A DNA stretch of 63,421 nucleotides, counting the filler, from Stramenopiles sp. TOSAG23-6 (taxonomy: Eukaryota): the NCBI GenBank assembly GCA_900128565.1. It is 36 parts of 36 records of this genome, joined end to end, with 100 filler letters (N's around TTAATTAATTAA, not from the genome) between each part and the next. Parts side by side here need not be neighbours in the genome. Positions count along the whole stretch, not along the records: positions 24,834 to 26,499 come from LT638725.1; positions 26,600 to 28,265 come from LT638726.1; positions 28,366 to 30,030 come from LT638727.1; positions 30,131 to 31,794 come from LT638728.1; positions 31,895 to 33,558 come from LT638729.1; positions 33,659 to 35,322 come from LT638730.1; positions 35,423 to 37,084 come from LT638731.1; positions 37,185 to 38,846 come from LT638732.1; 28 more parts are not named here. One strand, 5' to 3'. A program made the position numbers and the translations under genes. Positions 25,537 to 38,946 of this stretch are shown here, one piece after another. The notes below the pieces were generated by a model that was not told the origin of the DNA, ran no database searches, and saw only the letters and a program-made list of their open reading frames with translations. Within the stretch, counting starts at the first letter, position 1, and each line of letters opens with the position of its first letter.

Positions 25537-26499
25537 GTATCATTATTATTATTAGTATCATTATTAGTAAGCACAACAACAGGCGATCGTTTAGCATATA
25601 ATATTCTACCAATTGCACGAAATAGACCAGGAAATTCATTACGTGTACAAAATGTATTATTATTGTTACTTTTATGTTTTTTATGTTTTTTATGTTTTTC
25701 ATTACAAATACAACTAAATTGTAGACTATTTATCGCATGTCTCAAATCTCCTCTACAAGATTGAACTATATTATCTATACGATCATTAGATATTTTATTA
25801 CCAATATTCGTTTTTGCGTATACACTACGTAATATTTTCTTCAACATTGTATTTGATACAGCATTGATACTTATTTGATATACTAAATGATGACGAAAAA
25901 TTTCTGCTCCTAGTCAATTCTCAGCACATATTGTAAAAACATATGTCAAATTCAAAATTCGTTAATAAAATTTTGTTAAGTATAAAATTTCGTACCAAAA
26001 AAAAAAATTGATTGTTAAAACATACACGTAAAGTGTATTTTGCCTGCTTTACTTCATTCCTTCTACAATTTTCTCCATGCTGAGTCGAGCATTCCGTAAA
26101 GATTAATACTGCAGGTGATGTATTATTTAATATAACTTTCTGTATAATAGCACGAAATTCATCACATGCTTTATCATTATTGATAAAAGGAATTGAATCT
26201 ATTAACAAAATTTGCTTCTTTGTTTTTTTTTTCATTTTTTGAGTTTGAGATATAAATTGTAATTGTCTATATCTAGTAGAACGAAGAAGAAAATTTTGGA
26301 AATCTTGCATTTCAGAAGTTTCATTATTCCAACTTAAATTTGTTCTATTATTCAGATTATTCAGATTATTCAGATTATTCAGATTAGTAATATAGGTGTC
26401 ATGATTTCTATTTATAGCACGTATTGGAGACCCTGACCACTCGCATATATTAATTTCAAGGTCAGAGCAGATCGTACGGATCATCGTCGATTTTCCAAC
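24846..26499 (-). CDS. RAD17: RAD17/Rad24 checkpoint clamp loader fragment
   Basis: End of Walker A (GKST), ILLIDSIP, GDLRHAINSLQF, LFRAIGRILYAKR, FIHEN; family intron at about 25928-26025. Confidence 0.9.
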
Positions 26500-26599
26500 N
26501 NNNNNNNNNNNNNNNNNNNNNNNNNNNNNNNNNNNNNNNNNNNTTAATTAATTAANNNNNNNNNNNNNNNNNNNNNNNNNNNNNNNNNNNNNNNNNNNN

Positions 26600-28265
26600 T
26601 GTCTCATTTACGTGATATCGAAAAATCTGGAGTTCCCGGTACTGTTATATGTAGAGTAGATGTCGATGAGAAAAAGAAAAACAATGCTGATTATATTATT
26701 GATCTATCACTGCCTAATGGAGATTATTGTCAAATCCAGTGTAATCAAAGTTTATTTCGACTTCGACATCGTAAGTATTGTAACTGGTATGTGATAAATA
26801 CTGTAAAAGATCTTCGGTCTCTGATTGATTCTTTGTATTTAAATGGCGAGCGTGAATCCAAATTGGCCAAGGCAATAAAGAAATTACAACCAAAGTTTGA
26901 AGCTATGATGGATCGGATTGGTATAGAAGATGAACTTGAAACGAGTGAAGTAGGCATTACAAAAGTGAACGTCAAGGAATCTATTGCAAAGGAAGTAAAA
27001 AAGAAAGTTAAAAATATGGATGAAACAGAGTCCGAAGATGAAGATACTGCAGAAAATATTTCGATGGCAGTCAAGAAAAAAACAAATCTTCGATTTAGCA
27101 TACCTGTAGCTGAGCGTGCCGCTGGGTTAGATATTTTATCATGTGCTCCTTATGTGCTTGAATCTAGAGGTGAGCAGAGTGTCGTTCTTAGACTTATTGA
27201 ACATTTAAAACAAAAAGAATCGGATCGTCAGGCAAGTATTTCAAAACAAATAGAAGCAAATCGATTAAAGGTGAATAGTCATGAATTAAACAGTGAATCA
27301 AAAGAAAAATCATCTATTTCTATGGACATCGGTGCTCCCGAATTTACAAGTATGGGTGATAAAACTTTACACGAAATATCCGAAAGCCTCGCGTGTACTA
27401 TTCAAGTACTTTTAGATACCAATCCTACTCTTTGGGCATCTTTAAACACGGGTGTTGAACTTGATAGTTTGACTGAAGATGAAGTTGTCGATGTTTCAAG
27501 TACACGTAAATTAGCTGCAGGTATTATAGTTAAGGGTCCACCCGCTAGCGAANNNNNNNNNNNNNNNNNNNNNNNNNNNNNNNNNNNNNNNNNNNNNNNN
27601 NNNNNNNNNNNNNNNNNNNNNNNNNNGATGATAAAGGGAATCATGTGGTCTTGTCAAGTATTGAGATCCCTGAAAAATGGCGCCGAAAGAAAGACTTCGA
27701 GGAAGCTTTACTCGATGCGTATCCAAGACTGGAAACATCGTGGCCAAAGGTTGGTGGTAAACGACTCAATCTTTTTTGTTTGTTTACTGAGGTATGTCGA
27801 CGCGGTGGAGTTGCTGCAGTGAAAGCCCGTAGACATTGGCAGAAGATTACCCCAATCTTAGGTATCAACAAGGGTGCGACAAGCAGTGGCTGGCAACTGA
27901 ACCATAATTATGTCAGGTATTTACTTCGTTTTGAACAGGAAGGTCAGGNNNNNNNNNNNNNNNNNNNNNNNNNNNNNNNNNNNNNNNNNNNNNNNNNNNN
28001 NNNNGACGATGACGAACTTGTATTAGAAGATGCTATTGGCAGTAAACTTTTAAATCCTGGCTGTCAGCGTCTACGTGCTGAACTTTTGGATTTTGGAGCA
28101 GCGTTGCCACACCATGCTTGGAATCCTCAATTAGGTGATTCATGGAATTTAGAAGCGCAACTACAATGGCGTGAACGCGTTGTGAATGCGACGTCTCTTG
28201 TTGAACTAGAGACATCTCTTGAACAACTTGTATTAAAAATGAACTTAGGTAGTTGTGGCGAAGAG
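26600..28265 (+). CDS. Chromatin protein with a WHIM/WSD-like motif and an ARID domain
   Basis: LIDSLYLNGERESKL; PKVGGKRLNLFCLFTEVCRRGG..WQKI..LNHNYVRYLLRFE. Confidence 0.85.
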
Positions 28266-28710
28266 NNNNNNNNNNNNNNNNNNNNNNNNNNNNNNNNNNN
28301 NNNNNNNNNTTAATTAATTAANNNNNNNNNNNNNNNNNNNNNNNNNNNNNNNNNNNNNNNNNNNNGGTACAAAATTTTTATAAAAAAAAAATTCATACAA
28401 AAAAAAAATAAAACATACATGGATACTAGTTTTTCTCTTTTAATTGATTTTGGCCAAACAAGAGATACAATTTGAACAACAATTTTTGCCATGACACGTG
28501 GCATTACAGTATTCGTTTTTCGTGTAAAGGTAGGAATTCCAATAGACGCTAACCCTAGAGATTGTTCAGGTATTGGTTCGTTACCAGGTACAACATTATC
28601 CATTGCAGTGTGTATTGTGAAAAAATATTTAAAAAAAAANCTAAAAAAANCGTTNGGTACGAAATTTCGTACGAAAAAAAAACTCGAATTTAAAAAAAAA
28701 AAAAACATAC

Positions 28711-29883
28711 ATAACAACATCAGCCTCTTTCAATGCCTTGCCTCGACCTTTCTTGCAATGTAAATGTGAATCTTTGCCAAGTAATCCACATGTATTTGTG
28801 AAAAAATATTGTGGTTTTGTACAATTTGTTAGGTACAAAAATTTTCAAAAAAAAAAATAAAAAATTGAAAAAAAAAAAAATTGTTAGGTACAAAATTTCG
28901 TACAAAAAAAAACATACGAGCCATCCCACCAAGGAAGCAAGGGACGCCTAATTTTTGTAATGCATCTGCAAGAGAGAAAGCTCCATACGGTCCATCTTCT
29001 CCCCACAAAAGCGATTGAGAGCCAATGTATTTTGGAACAATATTTAAAAAAAAAAAACTTAAATTTGTTAGGTACAAAATTTTCAAAAAAAAAAATCGAT
29101 TTTTTTGTTTTAAAAAAAAATAAAACATACATGATAAAAACAGGTTTTTTTGCTTTAATAAGTAATTGAGCTGCAGCCTTTACATCTGCCACATTTGGTA
29201 TTGGAACATTAATTTCTAAAGGTTTAAAATGTGGGTGATGTATATCCTTACATGTATTGTGAAAAAAACACGAATTTTACCAAAAAAAAAAAAAATCGTT
29301 AGGTACGAAATTTCCTATGAAAAAAATATTTCAAAAAAAATCTAAAAAAGGTTTGTTAGGTACAAAATTTCGTACGAAAAAAAAATACATGGTATTCCTT
29401 TTGTAGCACCTTTATCCCAATCCCAAGCGCCACGGTGTAAACGTTGAAGACAAAAATCTAAATATAATTCAACAACCCACGGAGCTTTTTTTGCACCTTT
29501 ATCTCTTTGAATAAATATAGGTGTTAATGGATTTCGTTTCATTTTTTTTGTTACGTATATATTGTACAAAAATATTTTTTTTTTTTTTTGTGAATTTTTG
29601 TTAGGTACAAAATTTTCATAAAAAATTTAAAAATAAAAATGAAATTTTTTTTTTTTTTTTTTGTAAAAATATTTTTGTTAGGTACAAAATTTTCATAGTA
29701 AAAAAAAATTAAAATTAAAAATAATAATGTACATGCTTCAGGATCAACACCATGACAACTTGCTTCTACTGGAAGTATTATTTTTGAAAGATTTTTTTTA
29801 CCTGTACTTGACACGAAATCTTTCGCACGACAACGAACACTTAATCCCATATTGGATCTGATTTCACCGACTGAATAAAGGGT
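28711..29883 (-). CDS. ILVBL: ILVBL/HACL2 acetolactate synthase-like protein; GT-AT introns 29557-29732, 29252-29388, 29025-29130, 28790-28917
   Basis: Spliced product KAKKPVFI|IGSQSLL..LGVPCFLGGMA|RGLLG..KALKEADVV matches the ILVBL motif LGVPCFLGGMARGLLG. Confidence 0.9.
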
Positions 29884-30130
29884 ATGTATTGTGAAAAAAA
29901 AAAAAAAAAAAAAAAATCGTTAGGAAGGGAATTTCGATCAAAAAAAAAAAAAAAATTTTAAAAGATTTTAAAAAAAAAAAATTAGGAGGGGAATTTTTTA
30001 CTAAAAAAAAAAAAAAAAAAAAAAAATTTGNNNNNNNNNNNNNNNNNNNNNNNNNNNNNNNNNNNNNNNNNNNNTTAATTAATTAANNNNNNNNNNNNNN
30101 NNNNNNNNNNNNNNNNNNNNNNNNNNNNNN

Positions 30131-30928
30131 TTTTGTATTTTTTGGAATATTTTTACAATTCGACATACTTGTCTTTGTGATTTTTGTGATTTTTAGAATT
30201 CAAACTCTCACTTCCACCTCCCAACAAATCAATCAGTTCGGTAAGAATTTTCTTTTCTTTCATTCTAAATTGTATAATTCGTTTCGTTCTCACATTTATA
30301 TTTGCTATATACGAATCTTCAAGTTCAGGTTTTTTTCGTATTGTTCTCATATGTATTTTGGAAAAATAAATTCTAAATTGAAAATAAATTCGTTAGGTAC
30401 AAAATTTACTATGAAAAAAAAAAAAAAAATTCGATTTTTTTTTTTTTTACCGAAAAAAAACAAAAAAAAAAATAAAACATACATTTACATTTGATATCAA
30501 CGAATCTTCAAGTGTAGGTGTTCCACTTGTTTCATCAATATTTGTTTCAGAATTTAAATTTTGTGTTGATTTAGAATTTAAATTTTGTGTTGATTTAGAA
30601 TTTATATTTTTTTTACTGTATTTATCGCGAGAATCATAATGTGTTCTCATTCCCCTCTCTACATGTATTGTGAAAAAAACACGAAATCATGAAAAAATCG
30701 TTAGGTACGAAATTTTTTTNCCNAAAAAAAAAAAAANTAANTNAATAAATTCATGATGAAAACGTACATGCTGTGCATACATGTCTAGTATTAAAGTATC
30801 TTCACGTAATGTAGTTGAATAACCATTCAGCAAAGTCTCACAAATATGTATTTTGGAAAAATATTTCAAAAAAAAAAACTAAAAAATCGTTAGGTACAAA
30901 ATTTTTATAAAAACCAAAAAAAAAAAAT

Positions 30929-30960
<32 letters not shown>

Positions 30961-30964
30961 CCGG

Positions 30965-30996
<32 letters not shown>

Positions 30997-31794
30997 ATTT
31001 TTTTTTTTTGGTTTTTATAAAAATTTTGTACCTAACGATTTTTTAGTTTTTTTTTTTGAAATATTTTTCCAAAATACATATTTGTGAGACTTTGCTGAAT
31101 GGTTATTCAACTACATTACGTGAAGATACTTTAATACTAGACATGTATGCACAGCATGTACGTTTTCATCATGAATTTATTNANTTANTTTTTTTTTTTT
31201 TNGGNAAAAAAATTTCGTACCTAACGATTTTTTCATGATTTCGTGTTTTTTTCACAATACATGTAGAGAGGGGAATGAGAACACATTATGATTCTCGCGA
31301 TAAATACAGTAAAAAAAATATAAATTCTAAATCAACACAAAATTTAAATTCTAAATCAACACAAAATTTAAATTCTGAAACAAATATTGATGAAACAAGT
31401 GGAACACCTACACTTGAAGATTCGTTGATATCAAATGTAAATGTATGTTTTATTTTTTTTTTTGTTTTTTTTCGGTAAAAAAAAAAAAAATCGAATTTTT
31501 TTTTTTTTTTTCATAGTAAATTTTGTACCTAACGAATTTATTTTCAATTTAGAATTTATTTTTCCAAAATACATATGAGAACAATACGAAAAAAACCTGA
31601 ACTTGAAGATTCGTATATAGCAAATATAAATGTGAGAACGAAACGAATTATACAATTTAGAATGAAAGAAAAGAAAATTCTTACCGAACTGATTGATTTG
31701 TTGGGAGGTGGAAGTGAGAGTTTGAATTCTAAAAATCACAAAAATCACAAAGACAAGTATGTCGAATTGTAAAAATATTCCAAAAAATACAAAA
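30131..31794. repeat. Whole-contig inverted duplication (fold-back) centred at about 30962
   Basis: The left arm is the reverse complement of the right arm, including the N positions. Confidence 0.95.
31080..31772 (+). CDS. SET-domain (Rubisco LSMT/SETD3-like) substrate-binding C-terminus; mirrored at about 30153-30845 on the minus strand
   Basis: LLNGYSTTLREDTLIL..IQFRMKEKKIL; family introns 31158-31262 and 31443-31574. Confidence 0.7.
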
Positions 31795-31895
31795 NNNNNN
31801 NNNNNNNNNNNNNNNNNNNNNNNNNNNNNNNNNNNNNNTTAATTAATTAANNNNNNNNNNNNNNNNNNNNNNNNNNNNNNNNNNNNNNNNNNNNT

Positions 31896-32061
31896 AAATT
31901 GGGTAATTAAAGATGGACTCGGGCAACTCGGAGGTGTTTTATTTGCTAGTTTTATCAATACCCGTTTTGATGCTGATCCAAAGCGATGGCGTATGGTCTC
32001 AGCAATATCATTAGATATTGCCGGTTTCATTGAAATGTTGACACCTTTATTCCCTTCATAC
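31896..32061 (+). CDS. RUS1/DUF647 (root UVB-sensitive) family exon
   Basis: NWVIKDGLGQLGGVLFA..FDADPKRWR. Confidence 0.85.
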
Positions 32062-32269
32062 GTTCTGATTCATTCATTTCAATTTTTAAAAATATTTTTT
32101 TTTTCATACGAAATTTCGTACCTAACAAATTTTACAAAAAAAAAATATTTTTTCACAATATGTGTACGTTTTTCAGCATGAATTTTTTACGTACATTTTT
32201 TTTTTTTGGTAGAAAATTTCGTACCTAACGAAACATTTGATTTGAATGTACAATATTCTCCTTTGAACA

Positions 32270-32560
32270 TTTTTACCTGAAATTGCTGCAAAGTTGTTAG
32301 CCATGGGTTTAGATTGCACCGGAATTCTTTCTGGGATGTTAATAACATTATTTAAGAATAATCTGAATGATTCTAATGTATTTAGAACTTGGGATTTGAT
32401 ATTTCTTTTTGAAAATAATCCAGTGGTATGTACGTTTTCCTCATGAATTTCGAATTTATTTATTTTCTCATACGAAATTTTGTACCTGACAATTTTTTTT
32501 AGATTTTTTTTGAAATATTTTTCCATAATATATTTGGTTTAGTTTTAACATTCTTTGAAG
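32270..32560 (+). CDS. Rab-GAP TBC domain exons (chimeric context)
   Basis: FLPEIAAKL..ITLF..VFRTWDLIF. Confidence 0.6.
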
Positions 32561-33235
32561 AAGCAAGTTTTGGTGACAGGTGTGGATTATAATGCGGAGC
32601 ATCGTGAATTTACCTCACGTGGAAATATGATTCGCCGGTATGGGGACGAACTAGTACAACTTGGAACTGCGAATACGTACACTGGCAGAAAGAGGATAGT
32701 TCGCTCATTAGAAGAATATTTTTCATACATGAGTCTAGACCAACCTGAAGAGAGAAGAGGAAATGAAACGTACTATCTGTTTGGAGATACGCCAGAACCA
32801 TTTTGGCAGGAAGTTCTTGAGAAATATAAAGCTCCTATTTTCTCCAATCCAAATGTCCCATCACCACCAAGACCAGCGCAACTTTTAGCGAGAACGTTAG
32901 CTATAGGTTTTGGAGGTAAATATAGTGGAGTACCATTTCATACACATGGTCCTGGATGGTCGGAAGTTTTACATGGAAAGAAGCAGTGGTTTCTCGTACC
33001 GCATTATTTTGGCCAAGAAAAGGAATCTCAATTTAATTCATTTGACACCGAAGCGTCTCAGTTCCAGTGGTATCAATCTAATAATTACACAGATTTTGAA
33101 TTTAATGAAAAAGGGCGACATGAGTTATTTCAGTGTGTGATTCAACCAGGTGAAGCTCTCTACTTTCCATCACAATGGTTTCATGGTACACTAAATCTTG
33201 ATCCTTATACAGTGTTTGTTAGTAGCTTCACGTAA
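32560..33235 (+). CDS. JmjC domain protein, JMJD8-like
   Basis: LGTANTYT, SGVPFHTHGPGWSEVLHGKKQWFL, PGEALYFPSQWFHGTLN. Confidence 0.88.
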
Positions 33236-33394
33236 TTATGACAGAAAGAAACTTCTCACGAAAAACAAAAAAATCTAAATAAATTGAAAAACTAGAATTG
33301 TTTCATTTTAATTCTCAAAAATCACTGGAACTATATTCTGTGTTCCCCTTTTAAAATGTAAAAGGGCAAAACTTTTATAAACCAATATGGATGT

Positions 33395-33558
33395 TTACAC
33401 TGTTGGTGTAGAATACCAATCTTGGAACTCTTCAAAAGTCAACATACCATCTTCATCAACATCGGCTTCATCAAAGGCTTGGCGGGCAGTAACATCCGCC
33501 AGTTCTTCTGGACTGACTCCACCCATACGTTCTAATGTACCTGGTTGAGTTTCATACA
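33395..33558 (-). CDS. EF-hand protein C-terminus
   Basis: AFDEADVDEDGMLTFEEFQDWY. Confidence 0.8.
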
Positions 33559-34068
33559 NNNNNNNNNNNNNNNNNNNNNNNNNNNNNNNNNNNNNNNNNN
33601 NNTTAATTAATTAANNNNNNNNNNNNNNNNNNNNNNNNNNNNNNNNNNNNNNNNNNNNCGTAGGTTGTGCCTGTATTCTTTTTGGATTTATTCCGTTCGC
33701 ATTTTCAGAACAGAAATCTTCAAAAGATGAAAAACAAAATGCTTCTAATTTACACACACAAGAAATATCTTTAACAGTCTAATTTTCAAAATTATTTAAT
33801 TGTAAATGAATAAATTGATTAAAATAATTTTATTTGATTTTGTTTCTTCACTACTAGTACCACTTCGAATACTCAATGAAGAATACGTTTCTAACATTAA
33901 ATTCATATCTTCATAACGACAAATATTTATGGTTTTGATTTATCTTTATATGATAAGATTTGTTGGTGCTTTGATCTAGCTGCCGCAAAGGCACAGTCAG
34001 CCATTAGACACTTATTAAACAATTTCATCTGCTCAAGAAAATGATCATGTGATTTACTTGGGGCACAG

Positions 34069-35322
34069 TCAGAATTCATTACGTGAAACATTTTCGTTAC
34101 CCATACAGTTTTCTTCTTTCGAGTTACAATGAATACTGGAATGTGTATCTATTTTACTTGATTTGATAGTTGTACTTTTTTGCGTCTTGATTGGTGTTGT
34201 ATCTTTTCTTATCATTTCAAAGCGTGGCATTTTCAAATATTTCTCCCATAATTGAAGGAGTGTAAAGAGAAACTTACGTAAACTATGTGTCGTAGACAAA
34301 GAAACATCACCACTTCCACGAAGTTGCATCTCCTTGTACGCCCCTAAGATTGGCTTCACAGATACTTTCTTAACTTTTGTTTCATTTGAAGATGAAATAT
34401 ATTTTTTCTTCCCCGTTCCTCGTAATATTGGAAACTTCTTTGCAATATAATCCCTAATGTTTTGAAGTTTTAAGGAACCAATGTCGACATCTCGTGATTT
34501 AAAGTAGAATCTTGCACTTTTCCAAGTTTCAAGCATTTTGACACGATCTACAAATATATGATGCATGGCATTACGCACTATGTTTAGTTTTGCAAGGGTA
34601 AGAGGAGCTTCTAGCGTATTTAATAAATTAAGATCATCGTCGCTGGAGATACGAAGATGGTCAAATTGAGACGAAAATAATTTAGAATTCCTCGATTTTG
34701 TTTTGGCTTTAGTGATCGACGAATTGGTTCGTAGACTATTTTCATTATTATCTCTATATTTTAAAGACTCGACTTTATCACAAACGTTAAGTGTATGCTT
34801 TAAAGGGGGGTTTTCGTTTTCAGAGATATTATGAACTGTCTTTTCGGTCAATGGGTTTTGCTCAATTATAATACTATTACGAATCGTGGAATCCTCGGCT
34901 TTTGCTTGAATTATTTCGGATAATAAGGCCTTCTGTTTATCCATTTCAACTTTATGACGNNNCCATTTTTTCAGCCTCGTATTTTGATTTCATTCTTTCT
35001 ATTTCAACAGCATAGCGAGCATTTGCCATGTCCAATTCATTTGATTTTTCTGTCAGTGCATCAACCATAGCAGCTGCATGCATCTCCAAAATCTTTGTGA
35101 TGGCTTGTTCATGATTCTTCTGTTGAGTTTCTAAACGTCCCAGTGTGTTGAAACGTTTTTGTCTTTCTTCAATTTCTTGACACTTTTCAGATTTGGCAGA
35201 GCTCTTCGAATACATGAATTCATTTACATTTGACTTCATATTTTTCTGTTCAGTAACTTTCAAGTTACGGCTTCCTTGTTTATATTTCGTTTTCTGTTTA
35301 TTTACTGTGCGTTTTGTATATT
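34069..35322 (-). CDS. Coiled-coil hypothetical protein (frame broken at an N run near 34960)
   Basis: Two adjacent long ORFs separated by ambiguous bases. Confidence 0.55.
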
Positions 35323-35422
35323 NNNNNNNNNNNNNNNNNNNNNNNNNNNNNNNNNNNNNNNNNNNNTTAATTAATTAANNNNNNNNNNNNNNNNNNNNNN
35401 NNNNNNNNNNNNNNNNNNNNNN

Positions 35423-36109
35423 CACAAATTGCATCTATTCCAATATCACCAATGTAACACGAATGTACGTCTAAAAATTGAATGTAGGGTTAGGGTTATA
35501 AAAGAAAAATTATATTTTAAATTTGTTAGGTACAAAATTTCGTACGAAAAAAAAAAAAAAATTCTGAAATATTTTGAATTGAATAAAACGCAAAACACTA
35601 ATGAATAGAACAACGTACAGAGACTTATTTTCAGTTAAGAATTGGCTCAAGGCAACTGCACCATCATCAAGAATTGCATTTGCACTTAAATCTAAAGTTA
35701 ACAATGTTGAGTTACGTGAAAGAGCTTTTGCAATATATTGAGTACCAATATTCGTAATTGAGTTACAACTTAAATCAAGTTGTGTAATAGTTGTGTTGCA
35801 TTGTAAACCTTCAACCAGAGCATTTATATGAGTACCAAGACCTTTAAAAGAAAATGAAGCAATCGATGACGATTTGTTATTCTCTTGTAACAAACGTATA
35901 CAATCCTCCCATGTTTCAGGTTTTATTGTTTTTGTTGTTTTTGTTGTTTTTGTTGTTTTTGTTGTTTTTGTTGTTTTTGTTGATGTCCCGTTTGATGTCA
36001 AACTATTGTCCTGATTTTTTTCATCAAACTGCCTTGAAGAAAATGATTTTTCCTTTGACTTTACCTTTGACTTTGATTTATTAAGAAAACCTCTTTTAAA
36101 ACCAGACAT
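35423..36109 (-). CDS. RI-like (NLRC3/RanGAP-type) LRR protein; GT-AT intron 35482-35618
   Basis: NTTITQLDLSCNSI..NSTLLTLDLSANAI..NKSL|QFLDVHSCYIGDIG. Confidence 0.85.
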
Positions 36110-37684
36110 GATTGTACAGCTTTATAGTACGTGCAGTGTGTTATAAATATGAAGTGCCAAGCTAGACAGAATGTAAGTCGTAATTATTGTTGTGTGTCAG
36201 GGTACGACTAGTTATCCACAACAGTCGCAGACTCTATGTGTTTATAATGTATTGTACAGAACAAGTAATGAGTTAATGGATAATTATGAATTCAATGTCT
36301 GGTCATTCACCAATCGTATTCGTAGCATCAATAAATAACAATGGATTTGTTGAGAAATCGAAATTTATTACATAATATACAGTTTGTCAAAAAAGTTTTT
36401 CATCTCGATCTCATCTCGGACAAACCTGTTTAGTAGTACTATAATTCATTTGGCGTAGCTCAGATTTCCAAGATTTCGTGCTTACAAAAATGTGAACCAC
36501 TTCAAAATGGTTCACTTTATTTACGAGTTCCAAGATTTCGTGTTTGTCTGAGACTACACTCGATTAAGAAAAAGTGCCGAAAACGGTTAACATTCTTAAC
36601 GGCCAACACTAACAACAACTACTATTATACTTGTAAAGTTTGCTACTACACCTCGACACTAAACACAACAAAGTTCTGTATAGAATATATACAACTACAT
36701 TCATTGAATGGAGCAGAATGTTCTACTTTGCTATTAATATCACGTGACAAGGTTTATAACAGCTTTATTTCTATCTTACAATAAAATCACTTCACTATTT
36801 ACTTAGTTTCTCAAAGTTAAATACTGCTCTCTCTATTTTCTCTACTTGAATTGTCGTATAACACTTATCAGTAAGGCCACCTGACATAGAATATACTACA
36901 TACCAACATCCCGTACACTCTCCATTTCTCTGTACATTCATTACTCAATTCTGAATATACATACTAACTCGATATATTTTAATCAAATCTACCGATAATC
37001 TAACTCGAATTCATCCATTTGTTCGTACGTAAAGAACACTGAAAACCCCAACCAATTGCATTTATACTAGTCATCTGCAATTGANNNNNNNNNNNNNNNN
37101 NNNNNNNNNNNNNNNNNNNNNNNNNNNNTTAATTAATTAANNNNNNNNNNNNNNNNNNNNNNNNNNNNNNNNNNNNNNNNNNNNCGCCTCACTCATGGTG
37201 AGTAAAAATAAAAACTAAAGAGACACCAACGATTACCCATATATCCTTATGAGCGTTCAACAAAATCCGAGTATACGTTGATTTGCTTTTATTTCGAAGA
37301 ATTTCTCTACCGAAGAATCCCCTTTACGAGTATATGAAATTTTAAATACAAAATTTCAAACACATTCAGTAATATAACACGTCCACAACCCAGTATACTG
37401 TAGGACCCACTTTGTATTATACCTTGTCGTCCGTCCTGTGTGTCTGTATGTAGCTTATAGTGGAAGTTGATTGTGACTCCAGGGTCGATTTTGATTGTGA
37501 CGCGCGTGTCGGTTAAAAATTCCAAAAACTTTTGGTACCTTTGGTGTACACTGTACGAATATTTACACACTATCTTTTATAGTGCATTATTACTTGAAAC
37601 ATAGCCCACATTTATCAAATATTTGCGTAACAAGTTTAGAATAATGCATTGTGTGTAATACATTCAGGTTAATATTACAATATA

Positions 37685-38846
37685 ATGCCAAAGCCTTGGA
37701 CTTGGGCTTGGTTTTTAAAGCGAGAGCCCCCCACAAATCTAACTCACGTCGCAAATACAAGTGGTAATCTTTTGGCTGCGGTAACATTTGTTTGGGGTAC
37801 CCAGAAATATTTTGCTCAAAAAAAAGAAGCAATGGAGAAAGAAGTAACTTATCATGCCATGCGTGACATTGACGCGTGTAACGACCAGTCGCGTTTAAAT
37901 AATCCTCGTGTTTTACTCGGCGAAATAAAGCGACATATGCTCAGAAACTTTGATAGTCGCAGCGAAGAGCGTGGCTTATTTGGCGGTTTTCAAAAGCCCG
38001 AAGACTCCAAAACACTCAGTGACCGTTGGATTAAGAGGCGCAATGAAGGTGCTAAATGGGCAATAGAAGTAGACGACCATCGTATACGAATGAGAAATAT
38101 ATGGCATTCAGTATTGAGAGCACACAAACGAAATCCTGAAAGAAGACAAATGATGAGCCATTTATTATATGACGAGCTTCCTTTAGGGAAAGAAGTTGCA
38201 ATGAAAACGCTTTTACTTTTGGAACCACTAGACAAAGCAGCTTGTAGAGCAAACGTACGAAAATCTCCAAAAGGCGTATGTAACTGGGAAAAGAATTGTC
38301 CTACTATTTATCCTTTCATTCGCCAAATTTATAAAATACCTGAAGACTGGCCTCATGTCTTATCAGAACCAGTTTTATCTCGTGAACAACTAGCTATAAA
38401 TGATGATATAGCTGGCACAAAACTACCACCAGAAGCTGTTGAAATATCCACTGGGACTGAAATTCCTGAATTAATTGAAAAGAAGCTAATTGAAGCAGTT
38501 GATGGAAAATCTGGGGATAAGGAAGAGATGCAAACAAACGTTGAAGAAACAAAAGTTACAATGGACAGAAAATTAAATAATTTAAATGATACACACGTAA
38601 AAAATGAAACTGAAGAATCTATTGATATAAAAAATGACAAAAAATATTCACTGCCTCAAGTTGGTATAAGAAGTGAATGTAATGTACAGGAAGAAGAAAA
38701 TAATAAAAAAGAATGTATTGTTGAAAATAGAGAACCAGTGGAAAAAACAAAAGAATTAAAAGAAACAAATGAAACAAATGAAACAAATGAAACAAAAGAA
38801 GAATTAACAGAAACAAAAGAAGAATTAACAGAAACAAAAGAAACCA
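37685..38846 (+). CDS. Hypothetical protein with a Glu/Thr-rich repeat tail
   Basis: Intronless ORF of more than 380 codons. Confidence 0.65.
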
Positions 38847-38946
38847 NNNNNNNNNNNNNNNNNNNNNNNNNNNNNNNNNNNNNNNNNNNNTTAATTAATT
38901 AANNNNNNNNNNNNNNNNNNNNNNNNNNNNNNNNNNNNNNNNNNNN

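Noticed and set aside
30131-31794. 1.66-kb palindrome
   Set aside because: The arms mirror even the ambiguous bases and the centre lies in homopolymers; typical fold-back or assembly artefact.
32540-32580. TBC-JmjC fusion gene
   Set aside because: The two domains are in different frames at an exonic junction in a contig that is already chimeric.
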